Source of the DNA: a bacterium
Lineage (GTDB): Bacteria; Electryoneota; Electryoneia; Electryoneales; Electryoneaceae
NCBI GenBank assembly: GCA_963675295.2
Contig: CAXXKJ010000002.1
Location: 3,904,001-3,968,000 of the forward strand
Length of the DNA: 64,000 nucleotides
Direction of reading: 5' to 3'
Shown: piece by piece, positions 30,118 through 40,014 of the stretch
Numbering within the stretch: position 1 is the stretch's first letter
How the letters are laid out: the number at the start of each line of letters is the position of its first letter
The notes under the pieces: generated by a model
The model's database searches: none
What the model saw: the letters and a program-made list of their open reading frames with translations, nothing else
What the model was told of the DNA's origin: nothing
Program-made: the position numbers and the translations under genes

Positions 30118-30155
30118 AAACCGGGGACACTTAACGGAGTAAGTGTCCCCGGTTT
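30118..30155. terminator. GGGACA-family hairpin (bidirectional terminator or REP)
   Basis: Sequence AAACCGGGGACACTTA-ACGGAG-TAAGTGTCCCCGGTTT between convergent operons. Confidence 0.6.
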
Positions 30156-30253
30156 CTAGTTCGGTGTTCGGTGATCGATGATCGGTGATCGGAGTATCGT
30201 GTTTTGCGCTTTGTGTTTGCTCAAAGCTCACCTCTCACCACTCACAACTGTCC

Positions 30254-31480
30254 TTATTCGTACCTCAGCGCCTCGATCGGGTCCAAACGTGACGCCTTCC
30301 ACGCCGGCCACGTGCCAAACGCGAGGCCGATGATGCTGCAGAATAGCAGCCCGACGAAGATGCTCCACAACGGCACCGCCACCGGCAAATTTGCCGCCTG
30401 GCCAAGCAGATAGGCTGAGGCGACGCCAAGTCCAACTCCGATCAAGCCACCGATCTCGGTCAGGATGACGGCTTCCATCAGGAACTGGCTGAGGATGTTT
30501 GAGCGTTTGGCGCCGAGCGCTTTGCGCACTCCGATCTCACGAGTTCGTTCGGTCACGGTGACCAGCATGATGTTCATGATGCCAACCCCGGCGACCAGCA
30601 ACGCGATCGCGGCAATGCCGAATGCGGCGACTTTGATCCACTTGGTCATGTCGTTGAACGAATCGACCAACTCGGCTGAGTTCCAGGTGGCGAAGTTATT
30701 GTCTTCACCGGGTTTCAGGCCACGGGCGGCACGCATGGCGGCAACAGTCTGCTGGATCGCCTCATCCATCCGGGCCGGTTCGGTGACCTGAATGGTGATG
30801 TTCCAGCTTCGTTCCGCACCCCACCAGCGTTCGAAGGTGGTGATTGGAACCGCGACGCGGTAATCCGCCTGCTGGTTAAGCATACTGCCGAGTTCTTCGA
30901 AGACACCGATCACCTGGGCCTTTTCGCCGTTGATGAACACGTCCTCACCGATCGGATCACGGTACGGGAACAAGCGTTTGACGATGGCGTCACCGAGAAT
31001 CACGACCGGGCGCGCATAACGAATGTCCTGTTCGGTGAGGTTGCGTCCACGTCCGATGTCATAGCCATTGTTCGACATTGAACCGGCCGTGCCACCGAGG
31101 ACGACGATGTTCGGGTTGGTCGCGTCGTTTTTATACTTGATCACCGCGCCCCAGTCCCAGACTTCCGGCGCGACGATCTTCGCGAGCGGGACGTTCTGCT
31201 CGATCGCCACCACCTCGCGCATGCCGATCGGCGGCCGGTAGCGGCGGTCACGGTGATGATCACCGAAGTTGATGTTCTGGTCATAGCGCTGCACCTGGAA
31301 CACACCGGCGGAGAGCTGAGTCATCTCTTCTTCGACCATGTTGTTCAGGCCGCGAATGATGGACATCGTGGCGATGATGGTCAGCACGCCAATGACCACA
31401 CCGAGCAGCGTCAACGCACTGCGCAGCTTTGATCCAGAGATGCTGGCGACGGAGACTCTGAGTGCTTCGGATATATTCAT
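30254..31480 (-). CDS. MacB/FtsX-type ABC transporter permease
   Basis: Motifs RSALTLLGVVIGV, GVGIMNIMLVTVTERTREIGVRKALGA and LDPIEALRYE. Confidence 0.95.
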   Translation of the reverse strand: MNISEALRVSVASISGSKLRSALTLLGVVIGVLTIIATMSIIRGLNNMVEEEMTQLSAGVFQVQRYDQNINFGDHHRDRRYRPPIGMREVVAIEQNVPLAKIVAPEVWDWGAVIKYKNDATNPNIVVLGGTAGSMSNNGYDIGRGRNLTEQDIRYARPVVILGDAIVKRLFPYRDPIGEDVFINGEKAQVIGVFEELGSMLNQQADYRVAVPITTFERWWGAERSWNITIQVTEPARMDEAIQQTVAAMRAARGLKPGEDNNFATWNSAELVDSFNDMTKWIKVAAFGIAAIALLVAGVGIMNIMLVTVTERTREIGVRKALGAKRSNILSQFLMEAVILTEIGGLIGVGLGVASAYLLGQAANLPVAVPLWSIFVGLLFCSIIGLAFGTWPAWKASRLDPIEALRYE

Positions 31481-31492
31481 CAGACTCTCCTG

Positions 31493-32731
31493 TTATTGCG
31501 CTCGCAGCGCTTGAATCGGGTCCATCCGCGCGGCTTTCGCGGCCGGGAACATGCCGAACAGCAGGCCGACCATCGCGGAGAACAGCACCGCCGCACCAGC
31601 CAACCACAAGGGCAACACCGCGGGCAGCGCCTGTTTCAGCAACTGCCCACCGGCAAACGCGAGCAATATCCCTACCGTTCCGCCGAGCATGCAGATCATC
31701 ATCGCTTCGACGAGGAACTGCCACAAGATGTGGGTGGTGCGTGCACCGATGGCTTTGCGCATGCCGATTTCCCACGTTCGTTCGGTGACGGAAACCAGCA
31801 TGATGTTCATGATCCCGATCCCGCCGACGAGCAGGCTGATGCCGCCGATGATCAGGCCGGCGGCATAAATCCCGCCGGTGAGCGTATCGTACAGATCCGA
31901 CAGTGCTTCCTGCCGGTTGATCGCGAAATTGTCTTCGTCCAGCGGCTTCAGGTTTCGCGCGCCACGCATGATCGCGCGGATCTCATCGACGAGATCCTCA
32001 ACGGGGACATCATCCCGTCCCTTGACCGCGATCATCACGTCCCGGCCGACCCGTCCGAAGTCGGTGAACAGCGTTTCGATCGGGATGATGATGATGTTGT
32101 CGCGTGAGTCGCCGAAGAAATTCCCCTGCTCCTCCAGGATACCGACGACGGTATAGACTTTCGACGCGATCCGGATATCCCGCCCGATGGGGTCGAGCGG
32201 CCCGAATAATCTGTCGCGCACATCGACCCCGATGACCGCGACCCGCCGTGCGGAACGGTCGTCAATGTCCGTGATGTAGCGTCCGTATTCCGGGAGTGTG
32301 CTGCCGACGATGGCGTGCTGCTGCTGGGTGCCGAGAATGCTGACGCGGTCGAGAGACTTGTCACGATAGGTGACCGAGCGTCCGGTCCACGCCATCGGGG
32401 ATATCTCTTCCGCACCGACGATTCGTTCGCGCAGCTGATCGTACTGGTCCATGGTGACGCGCGGGCGGTTGATGTACTTCCACCAGTCATCGTCCCAGAC
32501 CCACGGCCAGCGTTGCACGTATACGGTTTTCGCGCCGAGGAAGGAAATCTGGTCCTGGAAGGATTTGTTGAGTCCCTGGATGATCATCATCATCAGGGTG
32601 ACGGTCACCACGCCAATGACGATGCCGAGGGTGGTCAGCGAGGCGCGGGTCTTGTTCGCCATCAGGGCGTTGTTCGCAATGATCAACCCCTCCCACAGCG
32701 CCCGGCCCGCTCCGCGTAGTTTTCTACCCAT
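31493..32731 (-). CDS. MacB/FtsX-type ABC transporter permease (second)
   Basis: Motifs RASLTTLGIVIGV, GGIGIMNIMLVSVTERTWEIG and MDPIQALR. Confidence 0.95.
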   Translation of the reverse strand: MGRKLRGAGRALWEGLIIANNALMANKTRASLTTLGIVIGVVTVTLMMMIIQGLNKSFQDQISFLGAKTVYVQRWPWVWDDDWWKYINRPRVTMDQYDQLRERIVGAEEISPMAWTGRSVTYRDKSLDRVSILGTQQQHAIVGSTLPEYGRYITDIDDRSARRVAVIGVDVRDRLFGPLDPIGRDIRIASKVYTVVGILEEQGNFFGDSRDNIIIIPIETLFTDFGRVGRDVMIAVKGRDDVPVEDLVDEIRAIMRGARNLKPLDEDNFAINRQEALSDLYDTLTGGIYAAGLIIGGISLLVGGIGIMNIMLVSVTERTWEIGMRKAIGARTTHILWQFLVEAMMICMLGGTVGILLAFAGGQLLKQALPAVLPLWLAGAAVLFSAMVGLLFGMFPAAKAARMDPIQALRAQ

Positions 32732-32755
32732 GGTCTTCCCCTCGGACTTGCTGGT

Positions 32756-33484
32756 TTACGCGGATGCGATCACGGTGGATGATGCGATGCGTCGCGGTTC
32801 CTGCTTTTCGTCGCTGCTGATCCTGCCGTCCAGCAGGCGCACGACGCGGTGCGAATAGGCCGCGATGTCCTCTTCATGCGTAACCAGGACGATGGTGTTG
32901 CCGGACGCGTGCAGCTTCCCGAACAGGTCCATGATCTCGTAGCTGGTTGCGCTGTCGAGGTTACCGGTTGGTTCGTCCGCCAGCAGCAGGCTGGGGTCGT
33001 TGACCAGCGCACGTGCAACGGCGACACGCTGCCGCTGCCCGCCGGAAAGCTCGTTCGGCTTGTGCTTCATACGATCCTTGAGGCCGACCTTCTCCAGCGC
33101 ATACTCAACCTTCTCCTCGCGATCTTCCTTCGACATGCCGGCGTAAATCAATGGCAGTTCGACATTGTGGAACGCGTTTGCGCGTGGCAGCAGGTTGAAC
33201 GTCTGGAAAACGAAGCCGATGCGCCGGTTGCGGATGTCCGCGAGCTCATTGTCAGTCATCTCACCGACATTTTCCCCGGTCAGCAGGTAGGTGCCGCCGG
33301 TGGGCGTGTCGAGGCAGCCGATCAGGTTCATCAGGGTCGATTTGCCTGACCCGGACGGCCCCATGATCGAGACGTACTCGCCCTCGTCGATTTCCATGTC
33401 GACGCCATTCAAGGCGGGCACCTTGATGTCGCCGATCTCGTAAATCTTGCTGATGTTTTCAAGCTGGATGATTTTGCTCATCAC
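32756..33484 (-). CDS. ABC transporter ATP-binding protein (MacB/LolD type)
   Basis: Motifs [29 protein letters not shown] and VTHE. Confidence 0.97.
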   Translation of the reverse strand: MMSKIIQLENISKIYEIGDIKVPALNGVDMEIDEGEYVSIMGPSGSGKSTLMNLIGCLDTPTGGTYLLTGENVGEMTDNELADIRNRRIGFVFQTFNLLPRANAFHNVELPLIYAGMSKEDREEKVEYALEKVGLKDRMKHKPNELSGGQRQRVAVARALVNDPSLLLADEPTGNLDSATSYEIMDLFGKLHASGNTIVLVTHEEDIAAYSHRVVRLLDGRISSDEKQEPRRIASSTVIASA

Positions 33485-33501
33485 AGACTCCGTGCGGGAA
33501 A

Positions 33502-34902
33502 TCAGGACGCGGATGCATCCGCGGTTTCCACTTCTTCGATATTGCTGGCTTCGTCCTCGCCATCTTCAGCGAGTTCGACCTCACCCGGGCCCTCGTCCGG
33601 CGTGGCCTGCATGTCACCTTCACCGTCTCCATCCGGCTTGAACGGTGGTGTGAAATCGACGACGGTGCCGCTGTGCAGTTCGCGGGACAGAATCCGGAAC
33701 GGACCAGTCACGACAAGGTCACCTTGCTGCAGTCCGCTGACGATCTCAAAGTGGGTGTCGGAATAGATGCCGAGAGTCACCTGCTGCGCCCAGACGGTAT
33801 CATCACGGACGACGAAAACGACTTCCACCGGTTCCTCGCGGTCACCGAGACGCTGCATCTGACGGTGTTCGCCGTCGTTCTCTCCCTCATCGTTACCGCG
33901 CCTGTTCCCGTTTTCCGCCTCTCGGGCCTGCTTCGCGAAACGTTCTTCATCGCTCAGCAAGCGCACGGCAACCGCTTCCTGCGGCAGCACGACGGCGTTG
34001 GGACGGCGTTCGGTGACGATATCGACGGTGGCGCTCATGCCGGGACGCAGGGTCTGGACGAAATCGTCAATGGCGACTGTGACCATGAAGTTGGTGACTT
34101 CCTCGGCGGTTCCGCTGCCTGAGACTGTGCCGGAGTGGGCGATCTCGGTGACATGACCCTTGAAGGTGGTATCCGGCATGGCAAACACTTCGACGTCAAC
34201 ATCATCGCCGATGTCCACAAGTACGACGTCGTTTTCGTTCACCTCGACCTCGACTTCCATCGAGTCGAGCCGGCTGACGACCATGATCACGTCCTGGCTG
34301 AACTGTGAACCGATCGCCATCTCCCCGACCTCCTTGCTGAGGCGGGTGATGATACCATCCAGCGGAGCGTAGATGCGGGTCTTGTCGAAGCGGTCGCGCG
34401 ATTGCTCGAGCTGTGCGCGTGTGCGTTCGACATCTGCTTCAAGGCGTTTCACCGCGGCGGTCGCCGTTTCCAGATCCGCCTGGCTGGCGAGGCTGGCTTC
34501 GGCCAGTTCGCGCACACGCTTCAGCTTGCTCTGGTTTTCTTCCAGACTGGCTTCGTAGCTGCGGAGGAGGTATTCCATCTGCTCGACATCGGCGCGGTAC
34601 TCTTCGTCCTCGATGCGCACGAGCATGTCACCCTTCTCGACATGATCGCCTTCTTCGCCGCCGAGGAACAGGATCTGTCCGGACACATTCGAGCTGATGT
34701 TGACTTCGGTCTTCGGCTGCACCTTGCCGGATGCGGTGACGGTTTGCGCGAGGCTGTCGGTCACGGCTTCGGCGACGTCGACGTCAATCGCCTTCGGACC
34801 ACGCTTGGTCATAATGTTGGCCGTCACGAGTCCGCCAACAATCACGACCACGGCGATGATGATCCAGATTTTGGCTTTGCTCTTCTTCTTTTTTCGACTC
34901 AC
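33502..34902 (-). CDS. Periplasmic adaptor (membrane fusion protein, MacA-like)
   Basis: N-terminal anchor; ASGKVQP, IYAPLDG, VNENDV and LRPGMSATV motifs. Confidence 0.93.
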   Translation of the reverse strand: MSRKKKKSKAKIWIIIAVVVIVGGLVTANIMTKRGPKAIDVDVAEAVTDSLAQTVTASGKVQPKTEVNISSNVSGQILFLGGEEGDHVEKGDMLVRIEDEEYRADVEQMEYLLRSYEASLEENQSKLKRVRELAEASLASQADLETATAAVKRLEADVERTRAQLEQSRDRFDKTRIYAPLDGIITRLSKEVGEMAIGSQFSQDVIMVVSRLDSMEVEVEVNENDVVLVDIGDDVDVEVFAMPDTTFKGHVTEIAHSGTVSGSGTAEEVTNFMVTVAIDDFVQTLRPGMSATVDIVTERRPNAVVLPQEAVAVRLLSDEERFAKQAREAENGNRRGNDEGENDGEHRQMQRLGDREEPVEVVFVVRDDTVWAQQVTLGIYSDTHFEIVSGLQQGDLVVTGPFRILSRELHSGTVVDFTPPFKPDGDGEGDMQATPDEGPGEVELAEDGEDEASNIEEVETADASAS

Positions 34903-36296
34903 CGTGCAATCTCCTCCAAGGGCATCCCGAGGTCACGCTCGAGAGTGGCCATTGTCGTGAAAAAGTCCAGAACTCGTGCCAGATATTCCCGTTCAGCGGA
35001 TACAAAGGTCACTTGGGCACTGCGCAGATTGAGTTGATCGGATACACCGACACGATACCGTTCCTGCTCGAGGTTAAGCTGGCGGCGCGCCAGTTCACGG
35101 TTGCGGTCGGCGACTTCGATTTGCTGGTAGGTGCTGGTCAACGTGCGCCACTGACGGCGGACGTCGGCCGCAACGGACTGCTCAAATTGATGGGTATCCC
35201 ACATCGACTTGCGCTTGGTGATCACGGCCCGCTCCCGTTGCACTTCACGGGTGAACCCGTCAAACAGGGTCCAGTTCAGGGACAGACCATAGTACATATT
35301 CCAATCATCCGGATACAGATGCCACTTCCACGAATTTGCACCATCACCTTCGGAACGGCCATACTGTGCAAACGCGGAAGCCGTCGGTATGTACTGTGAT
35401 AGATAAGATTTAGCTGCGTAGTCGTTGATATCAACCAGATTTCGTTGTTGTTCCAGATCCGGTCGTGCGCGCAAGGCAATGCTAATCAGCGAATCTGGAT
35501 TCATCTCTGGTAATCGTGGTTCAAGGTTGCCAGCAACCGAATACTCACTTTCCAGGTCGAGTCCGATCGCAAGGTTGAGCATTTCGTGCGCATTTCGCAG
35601 AGCCTGTTCTGCACTCAGGACAGAATTCTCTTGCGTCCCAAGGTCAATCTCCGCTTGCATCACGTCTAGCTCAATCACATCACCGGTTTCGAAACGGGCC
35701 TTGGCGAGCCGGTGTGCTTCCCGGCGCTGGTTGAGAATCTCCTGCTCCACCTGCAACGCTCGTTCTGCTGCCATAACGCTGTAGGCTGCGGATTTTACAT
35801 CGCTTACCAGTTCATCATATGAGCGTTCAGTAGCCAAGTAAGTGTTTTCTACCTGTAATTGCGCCTGACGGTAGCCATAGTATCTGGAGAAGCCATCGAA
35901 CAAGGTCTCATTCGCAGAAAAGCTCCACCCACTGGAGCTGGATTTTCCACTCGAAGTCAATGTATCCAAGAGCCCCAAGGGGTTCTGATAGATGATCTCG
36001 CCCTTTTCAGTCACGGTATTAGACCACGTCGCGCCAGCGGACAGGGTGGGCAGGAACTGTCCAATCGCCCCGGCTCGCAGTTCCGGGATCAACTCCTGGT
36101 CTTCCAGGCTCTGCCGGTAGGCCGCCCGGTTGTCCTGCGCGAGGTCGATCAACCGGGAGAGAGGGACGGGATCATCGGAGTTCAGCACCGGCGGCGTGAA
36201 GGTCTCGGCGGTTGCCGGTACGATGCTCAGTCCAAGCAGCATGACCAGAACCAGCATGGTCGGGATTATCGTACCCATAATCTGCCTGCGCGGCAT
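34899..36296 (-). CDS. TolC family outer-membrane efflux protein
   Basis: FLPTLS, LFDGF (twice), ARFETG..ELDV and ERYRVG motifs; GGAGGAG before ATG 36296. Confidence 0.9.
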   Translation of the reverse strand: MPRRQIMGTIIPTMLVLVMLLGLSIVPATAETFTPPVLNSDDPVPLSRLIDLAQDNRAAYRQSLEDQELIPELRAGAIGQFLPTLSAGATWSNTVTEKGEIIYQNPLGLLDTLTSSGKSSSSGWSFSANETLFDGFSRYYGYRQAQLQVENTYLATERSYDELVSDVKSAAYSVMAAERALQVEQEILNQRREAHRLAKARFETGDVIELDVMQAEIDLGTQENSVLSAEQALRNAHEMLNLAIGLDLESEYSVAGNLEPRLPEMNPDSLISIALRARPDLEQQRNLVDINDYAAKSYLSQYIPTASAFAQYGRSEGDGANSWKWHLYPDDWNMYYGLSLNWTLFDGFTREVQRERAVITKRKSMWDTHQFEQSVAADVRRQWRTLTSTYQQIEVADRNRELARRQLNLEQERYRVGVSDQLNLRSAQVTFVSAEREYLARVLDFFTTMATLERDLGMPLEEIAR

Positions 36297-36495
36297 AATC
36301 GCAACTCCTCCCTGAAGTGATGTTTCACTTCTATGGACTGTGTGAGGGGGGTTCGAGTTACAGCACTCCGAGCCGAACATTCAACTCTCCGAGAATTCCT
36401 GCGAAATACGGGGACATCACGAAATTTCTGATGTCCCCATCACGCTCTTGTCAGTGCTGCTGAAAGTGTAACCTGTTTCCGACCGGAAAGGATCC

Positions 36496-37323
36496 TCAGC
36501 CAGCCATCGGGTTGAAGGCGTTGGTCAGGATGTAGGTAAGCGCTGCGGGCAGTATAACAAATACAATGAGCCCCCAGACGATCCCGAGTCCACGTCCAAT
36601 CTTGCCCATGATACTGAGGCCGATACCGGCGACAATCGACTCCCAGACGGAGAAGATGGTGACCGTTGCAGCCGCGGCGTGCAAGGCGCTTGTCGGATTC
36701 GACTTGGTCAGGATGCCGAGGCCGAGGTGCCCACCCTGCGCGTCCTGGGTCAACATGATGAGAAGCCCCATCAGCAACATCCCAATCGAGCCGATGACCC
36801 CGGCGTACCATGTCATCGACCAATAGGTACCAAACTTGGCGTTGCCGTTGTGGATGATGTTTCCGATCAACAGCAGCAGGATCGACATCACCAGGGAGAT
36901 AATGAAGATGACGACAATCGTACCGATCAGCATGGTGATCCGTCCGCCCATGCCTTCCTGAAATCTGGCGGATACTTCCATTGCCTGGTCGGCCTGTTCC
37001 TGTGTCATCGACCCCTGTGCCACACGTTCCTGCATCTGATCGCGGGCGCGATCCATCTGCTCTTCTCCCAGATACGGCCCGGCGAGTAACACATACAGGG
37101 TCGAACAGACCAGGAATACCAGCAATGGGGCCAGCCAGCCACCATTGAGTTTGACGCCACGCATGGCTTCCGCGGGCGACAACAACACGGCGGTTATCCG
37201 CTGCCAACGGTTGACCGCAACCCCTTCCTCTTCTTCCACGACAGCGTCCGCTGTCACCTGCGGTTCCTCGACCTCCGGGGCGGATGTCGCCTGCGGATCG
37301 TCCTGTGTGGTCATCATCGCCAT
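36496..37323 (-). CDS. Yip1-domain membrane protein
   Basis: VLLSPAEAM followed by five hydrophobic segments; RBS before ATG 37323; directly upstream of the tolC operon. Confidence 0.7.
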   Translation of the reverse strand: MAMMTTQDDPQATSAPEVEEPQVTADAVVEEEEGVAVNRWQRITAVLLSPAEAMRGVKLNGGWLAPLLVFLVCSTLYVLLAGPYLGEEQMDRARDQMQERVAQGSMTQEQADQAMEVSARFQEGMGGRITMLIGTIVVIFIISLVMSILLLLIGNIIHNGNAKFGTYWSMTWYAGVIGSIGMLLMGLLIMLTQDAQGGHLGLGILTKSNPTSALHAAAATVTIFSVWESIVAGIGLSIMGKIGRGLGIVWGLIVFVILPAALTYILTNAFNPMAG

Positions 37324-37480
37324 GTCTCCCTGTGAACAAATGAACGAAGCGAACCCTGATTGTGATGGAAAATCGACAGACAGACAAGTAAGTAACGGAA
37401 TTCCACACTCCTTCGGAAGCATGGAGTTGCTGGCGATCTCCCACCCGAGAGACTCAGGTTTTCGTGAATCGGTTACTCAG

Positions 37481-37664
37481 GAGACGCAACGGATGCAAGG
37501 GAGGCAAATGACGCCAAGGACGCAAGGGATGCAAAAGACGCAAAGGATGCCAAGGACGCAAGAGATGCAACGGATGCAAAAACAAACAAGCCACAGATCA
37601 GATCTGTGGCCTGTTACCAACCGGTTCTGAAGCTTTTCTTTGCTTCTGTTGCTTCTGTTGCTTC
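37481..37664. repeat. Eleven 9-bp tandem units (NNGAYGCAA), palindrome GCCACAGATC-A-GATCTGTGGC, then an opposing (TTGCTTCTG)n array
   Basis: Directly visible at 37481-37579, 37590-37610 and 37640-37664. Confidence 0.8.
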
Positions 37665-37666
37665 AA

Positions 37667-39118
37667 TCACTTCACCAGCACCACTCGTGTCGCGGCTTGC
37701 CAGGAACCGGTTGTCAGCTGGCAGAGGTAGGTTCCGCTAGCGAGACCGTCCGCATTCAACGAGTACAGTTGCTCGCCGCCGGTCAGGGTCAGCGCATCGT
37801 GGTACACTTGCTGTCCCTCGGCGTTGATCAGGTTGACGGCCACCTCGCCCGGTCGTTCCAGCTTGAACGTCAGTTTGACCTCTCCGTTGAACGGATTCGG
37901 GTAAGCCCGCAGCAGCCCGTGCCGGTCCGGAACCTGCTCCTCGCCTTCCGGAACCGAGTTGATTTCTTCCGCGAGTTTGATCAGGCAGGCGTCATACCCT
38001 CCCTCGCCGCTGTCGGTGTAGCCGGCGATGATGTGGCCTCCGTCCGCCGTCGGCTTCATGTCAAACGCCCACTCAACCACGTCCGCTTCGCCGATCTGCG
38101 TGCGCCAGACCGTATACCCGTTGGCGTCAACGCGAACCAGCAGCATATCGTTCTTGTCGGTGGTGTAATCCTTGGTGATCCCGGAGATGATGCAGCCGCC
38201 GTCCGCCAAGGCGCAGACCGTGCGCGCATAGTCGTAGAACGTGGTCATGCCGTAGCGGAAGTTCCATGTCCACGTGCCATCCAGATCGGCCCGTGCCGCG
38301 AAGGCCTGGTACAGGTCCGAGTTGTGCTGGTCGGCCTGCCCGGCGACAAAGACGCCGGTACCGTCGTGGGTCAGGCAGGCGGCATGGCCCCAGTCGGAGT
38401 TGCCGATGTGGCGGTAGGTTTCCCAAAGCTCGTAGCCGTCCGGATCGACTCCGACGAGATACGCGTCCCGGTTACCAGTGAACGATCCGGTCGTGCCGGC
38501 GAGGATAAAGTTGCCATCCGGTGTTTCGACGACAGATTCGCCCCACTCTTCCTGATCTTCGCCGAATTCCTGGGACCAGAGCAGGTCACCGTCCTCGCTC
38601 AAGCGATGCAGCGTTGCCTGGAACCAGGTGTCGTTGCTGCCAGTTTCGGTGTAGCCGGCGACGGCGTATCCGCCTGCCGACACCGGAATGACGCACCAGC
38701 CCTCGTCGTTTTCAAACGTGCCATCGAGGTACTCCCAAACCAGGGTGCCGTTCGCATCGGTTTTGATCACCCACAGGTCACGCCAACCGGACCCCAACGA
38801 GGTGGTGTAGCCGGTAAGGACATAGCCGCCATCCGGCGCTGCACACAAACCCATCCCAGCCTCGCGCAGATCTCCGCCAAAAGTGGTGGACCACTGTTCG
38901 CTACCGTCGGCGTCGACTTTCACCAGCCAGATATCCGGATCGCCGTACTGGGTGTCGCGTGTAGTGCCAACGAACGCGTAGCCACCGTCCGCGGTCTGGA
39001 TCACGCATCGCGCCTGTTCGTTGGCGGCGCTGCCGTAGGTGTGGGTCCATTCAACGTCTGGCTGTGCAAACGCCACGGACACTATCAGCAGCAGCATAGT
39101 CACAAGGATCGGTTTCAT
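37667..39118 (-). CDS. Secreted DGG-repeat (probable beta-propeller) protein with T9SS type-A-like CTD
   Basis: Signal peptide; repeats T.DGGY..G...D.W..K.D..G...W; CTD AYPNPFN...LASGTY...RVVLVK. Confidence 0.85.
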   Translation of the reverse strand: MKPILVTMLLLIVSVAFAQPDVEWTHTYGSAANEQARCVIQTADGGYAFVGTTRDTQYGDPDIWLVKVDADGSEQWSTTFGGDLREAGMGLCAAPDGGYVLTGYTTSLGSGWRDLWVIKTDANGTLVWEYLDGTFENDEGWCVIPVSAGGYAVAGYTETGSNDTWFQATLHRLSEDGDLLWSQEFGEDQEEWGESVVETPDGNFILAGTTGSFTGNRDAYLVGVDPDGYELWETYRHIGNSDWGHAACLTHDGTGVFVAGQADQHNSDLYQAFAARADLDGTWTWNFRYGMTTFYDYARTVCALADGGCIISGITKDYTTDKNDMLLVRVDANGYTVWRTQIGEADVVEWAFDMKPTADGGHIIAGYTDSGEGGYDACLIKLAEEINSVPEGEEQVPDRHGLLRAYPNPFNGEVKLTFKLERPGEVAVNLINAEGQQVYHDALTLTGGEQLYSLNADGLASGTYLCQLTTGSWQAATRVVLVK

Positions 39119-39768
39119 TGGTCGTCCTCCCGGTCCACGATGGACGCCAGTTCGATTGCATCCGCGATCTTTTCCGCGTTCTGCAGGTGGTAGTACATGC
39201 TGCGAGTGCCGGTGATGATGAAGTGATCGAGCACCGGCGGCACACCCTCCCCGGCGAAATACGCGCCAGCGTTGATGTACTCGTTCAGGTAGTCATCGTT
39301 GCCGCTGACCGTTACCCCGTTGATCACACCGGCTGCCGCCAGCACACGCACCCCCGAGCAGTAGGCCGCGATGGGGATGTTGACGTCATGCGCGTCCGCC
39401 AGCAGATCCAGCGTGTGCTGATCGCCCATCAGGTCGGTCATCGGGTCGCCGTAGTACGAGCTCGCGGTGGTGATGATGACCGCGTCATACTCGGTGATGT
39501 CGCTGATGTCGCTGAGCAGCAGGTCAACGGTCATCGGCGAGGCGTGAAACTGGCCCGTCCACGGGCAATTGGCGACCGTGGCGGTCAGCCCGGCGGTAGT
39601 GACATCCCAGCCGAAGTTTTCGTAATCGTCGAGGTAGAGGTAGGTGTTCGCGCCGAAGTAATGCGGGAAGATGACCAGCACGTGCTGCGCGGATGCGGTT
39701 GCGGCCAGCAGCAACGTCAACATGCCGATCATCGCCAGTTGAAGCAACAACGGTTTTCGTTGTCTCAT
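39115..39768 (-). CDS. DJ-1/PfpI family protein with a signal peptide
   Basis: EYDAVII, nucleophile elbow IAAYCSG.RVLAAAG and IITG motifs; N-terminal signal (ASA-Q). Confidence 0.8.
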   Translation of the reverse strand: MRQRKPLLLQLAMIGMLTLLLAATASAQHVLVIFPHYFGANTYLYLDDYENFGWDVTTAGLTATVANCPWTGQFHASPMTVDLLLSDISDITEYDAVIITTASSYYGDPMTDLMGDQHTLDLLADAHDVNIPIAAYCSGVRVLAAAGVINGVTVSGNDDYLNEYINAGAYFAGEGVPPVLDHFIITGTRSMYYHLQNAEKIADAIELASIVDREDDQ

Positions 39769-40014
39769 GCGTCCCCCGAAATCGTGTATACGTCACGCCT
39801 GAAGCCGCGGGCGACAACCAACAGCCCGCTTCAGGCTATCGTTCAGTGCGGATAGATCGTGCCATGTGAGCGTCGCGTTGACGGACGGGGGGAAACGCGT
39901 CGCCGGTATGGTTACGCATGGACCGGAACAGCGGAAATCAAGCAGGGGCCCGATCCTGGGACCGGGCCCCGCATGGGCAGGTTTCAAAACCTGGGCTGGA
40001 TGCTCTCCAGGCGT

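Noticed and set aside
29780-30142. 120-aa ORF with an internal repeat
   Set aside because: It is only the translation of the tandem 103-bp palindromic elements.
36335-36372. GGTTCGAG T-loop-like motif suggesting a tRNA
   Set aside because: No cloverleaf or acceptor stem could be built around it.
37145-37630. ORF with a TQxMQ repeat tail
   Set aside because: It overlaps the Yip1 gene antisense, and the tail is just the 9-mer DNA array.
37640-39193. 517-aa plus-strand ORF, and similarly 44337-45725, 46089-47108 and 60416-61513
   Set aside because: All are antisense to well-supported genes and contain no recognisable domains.
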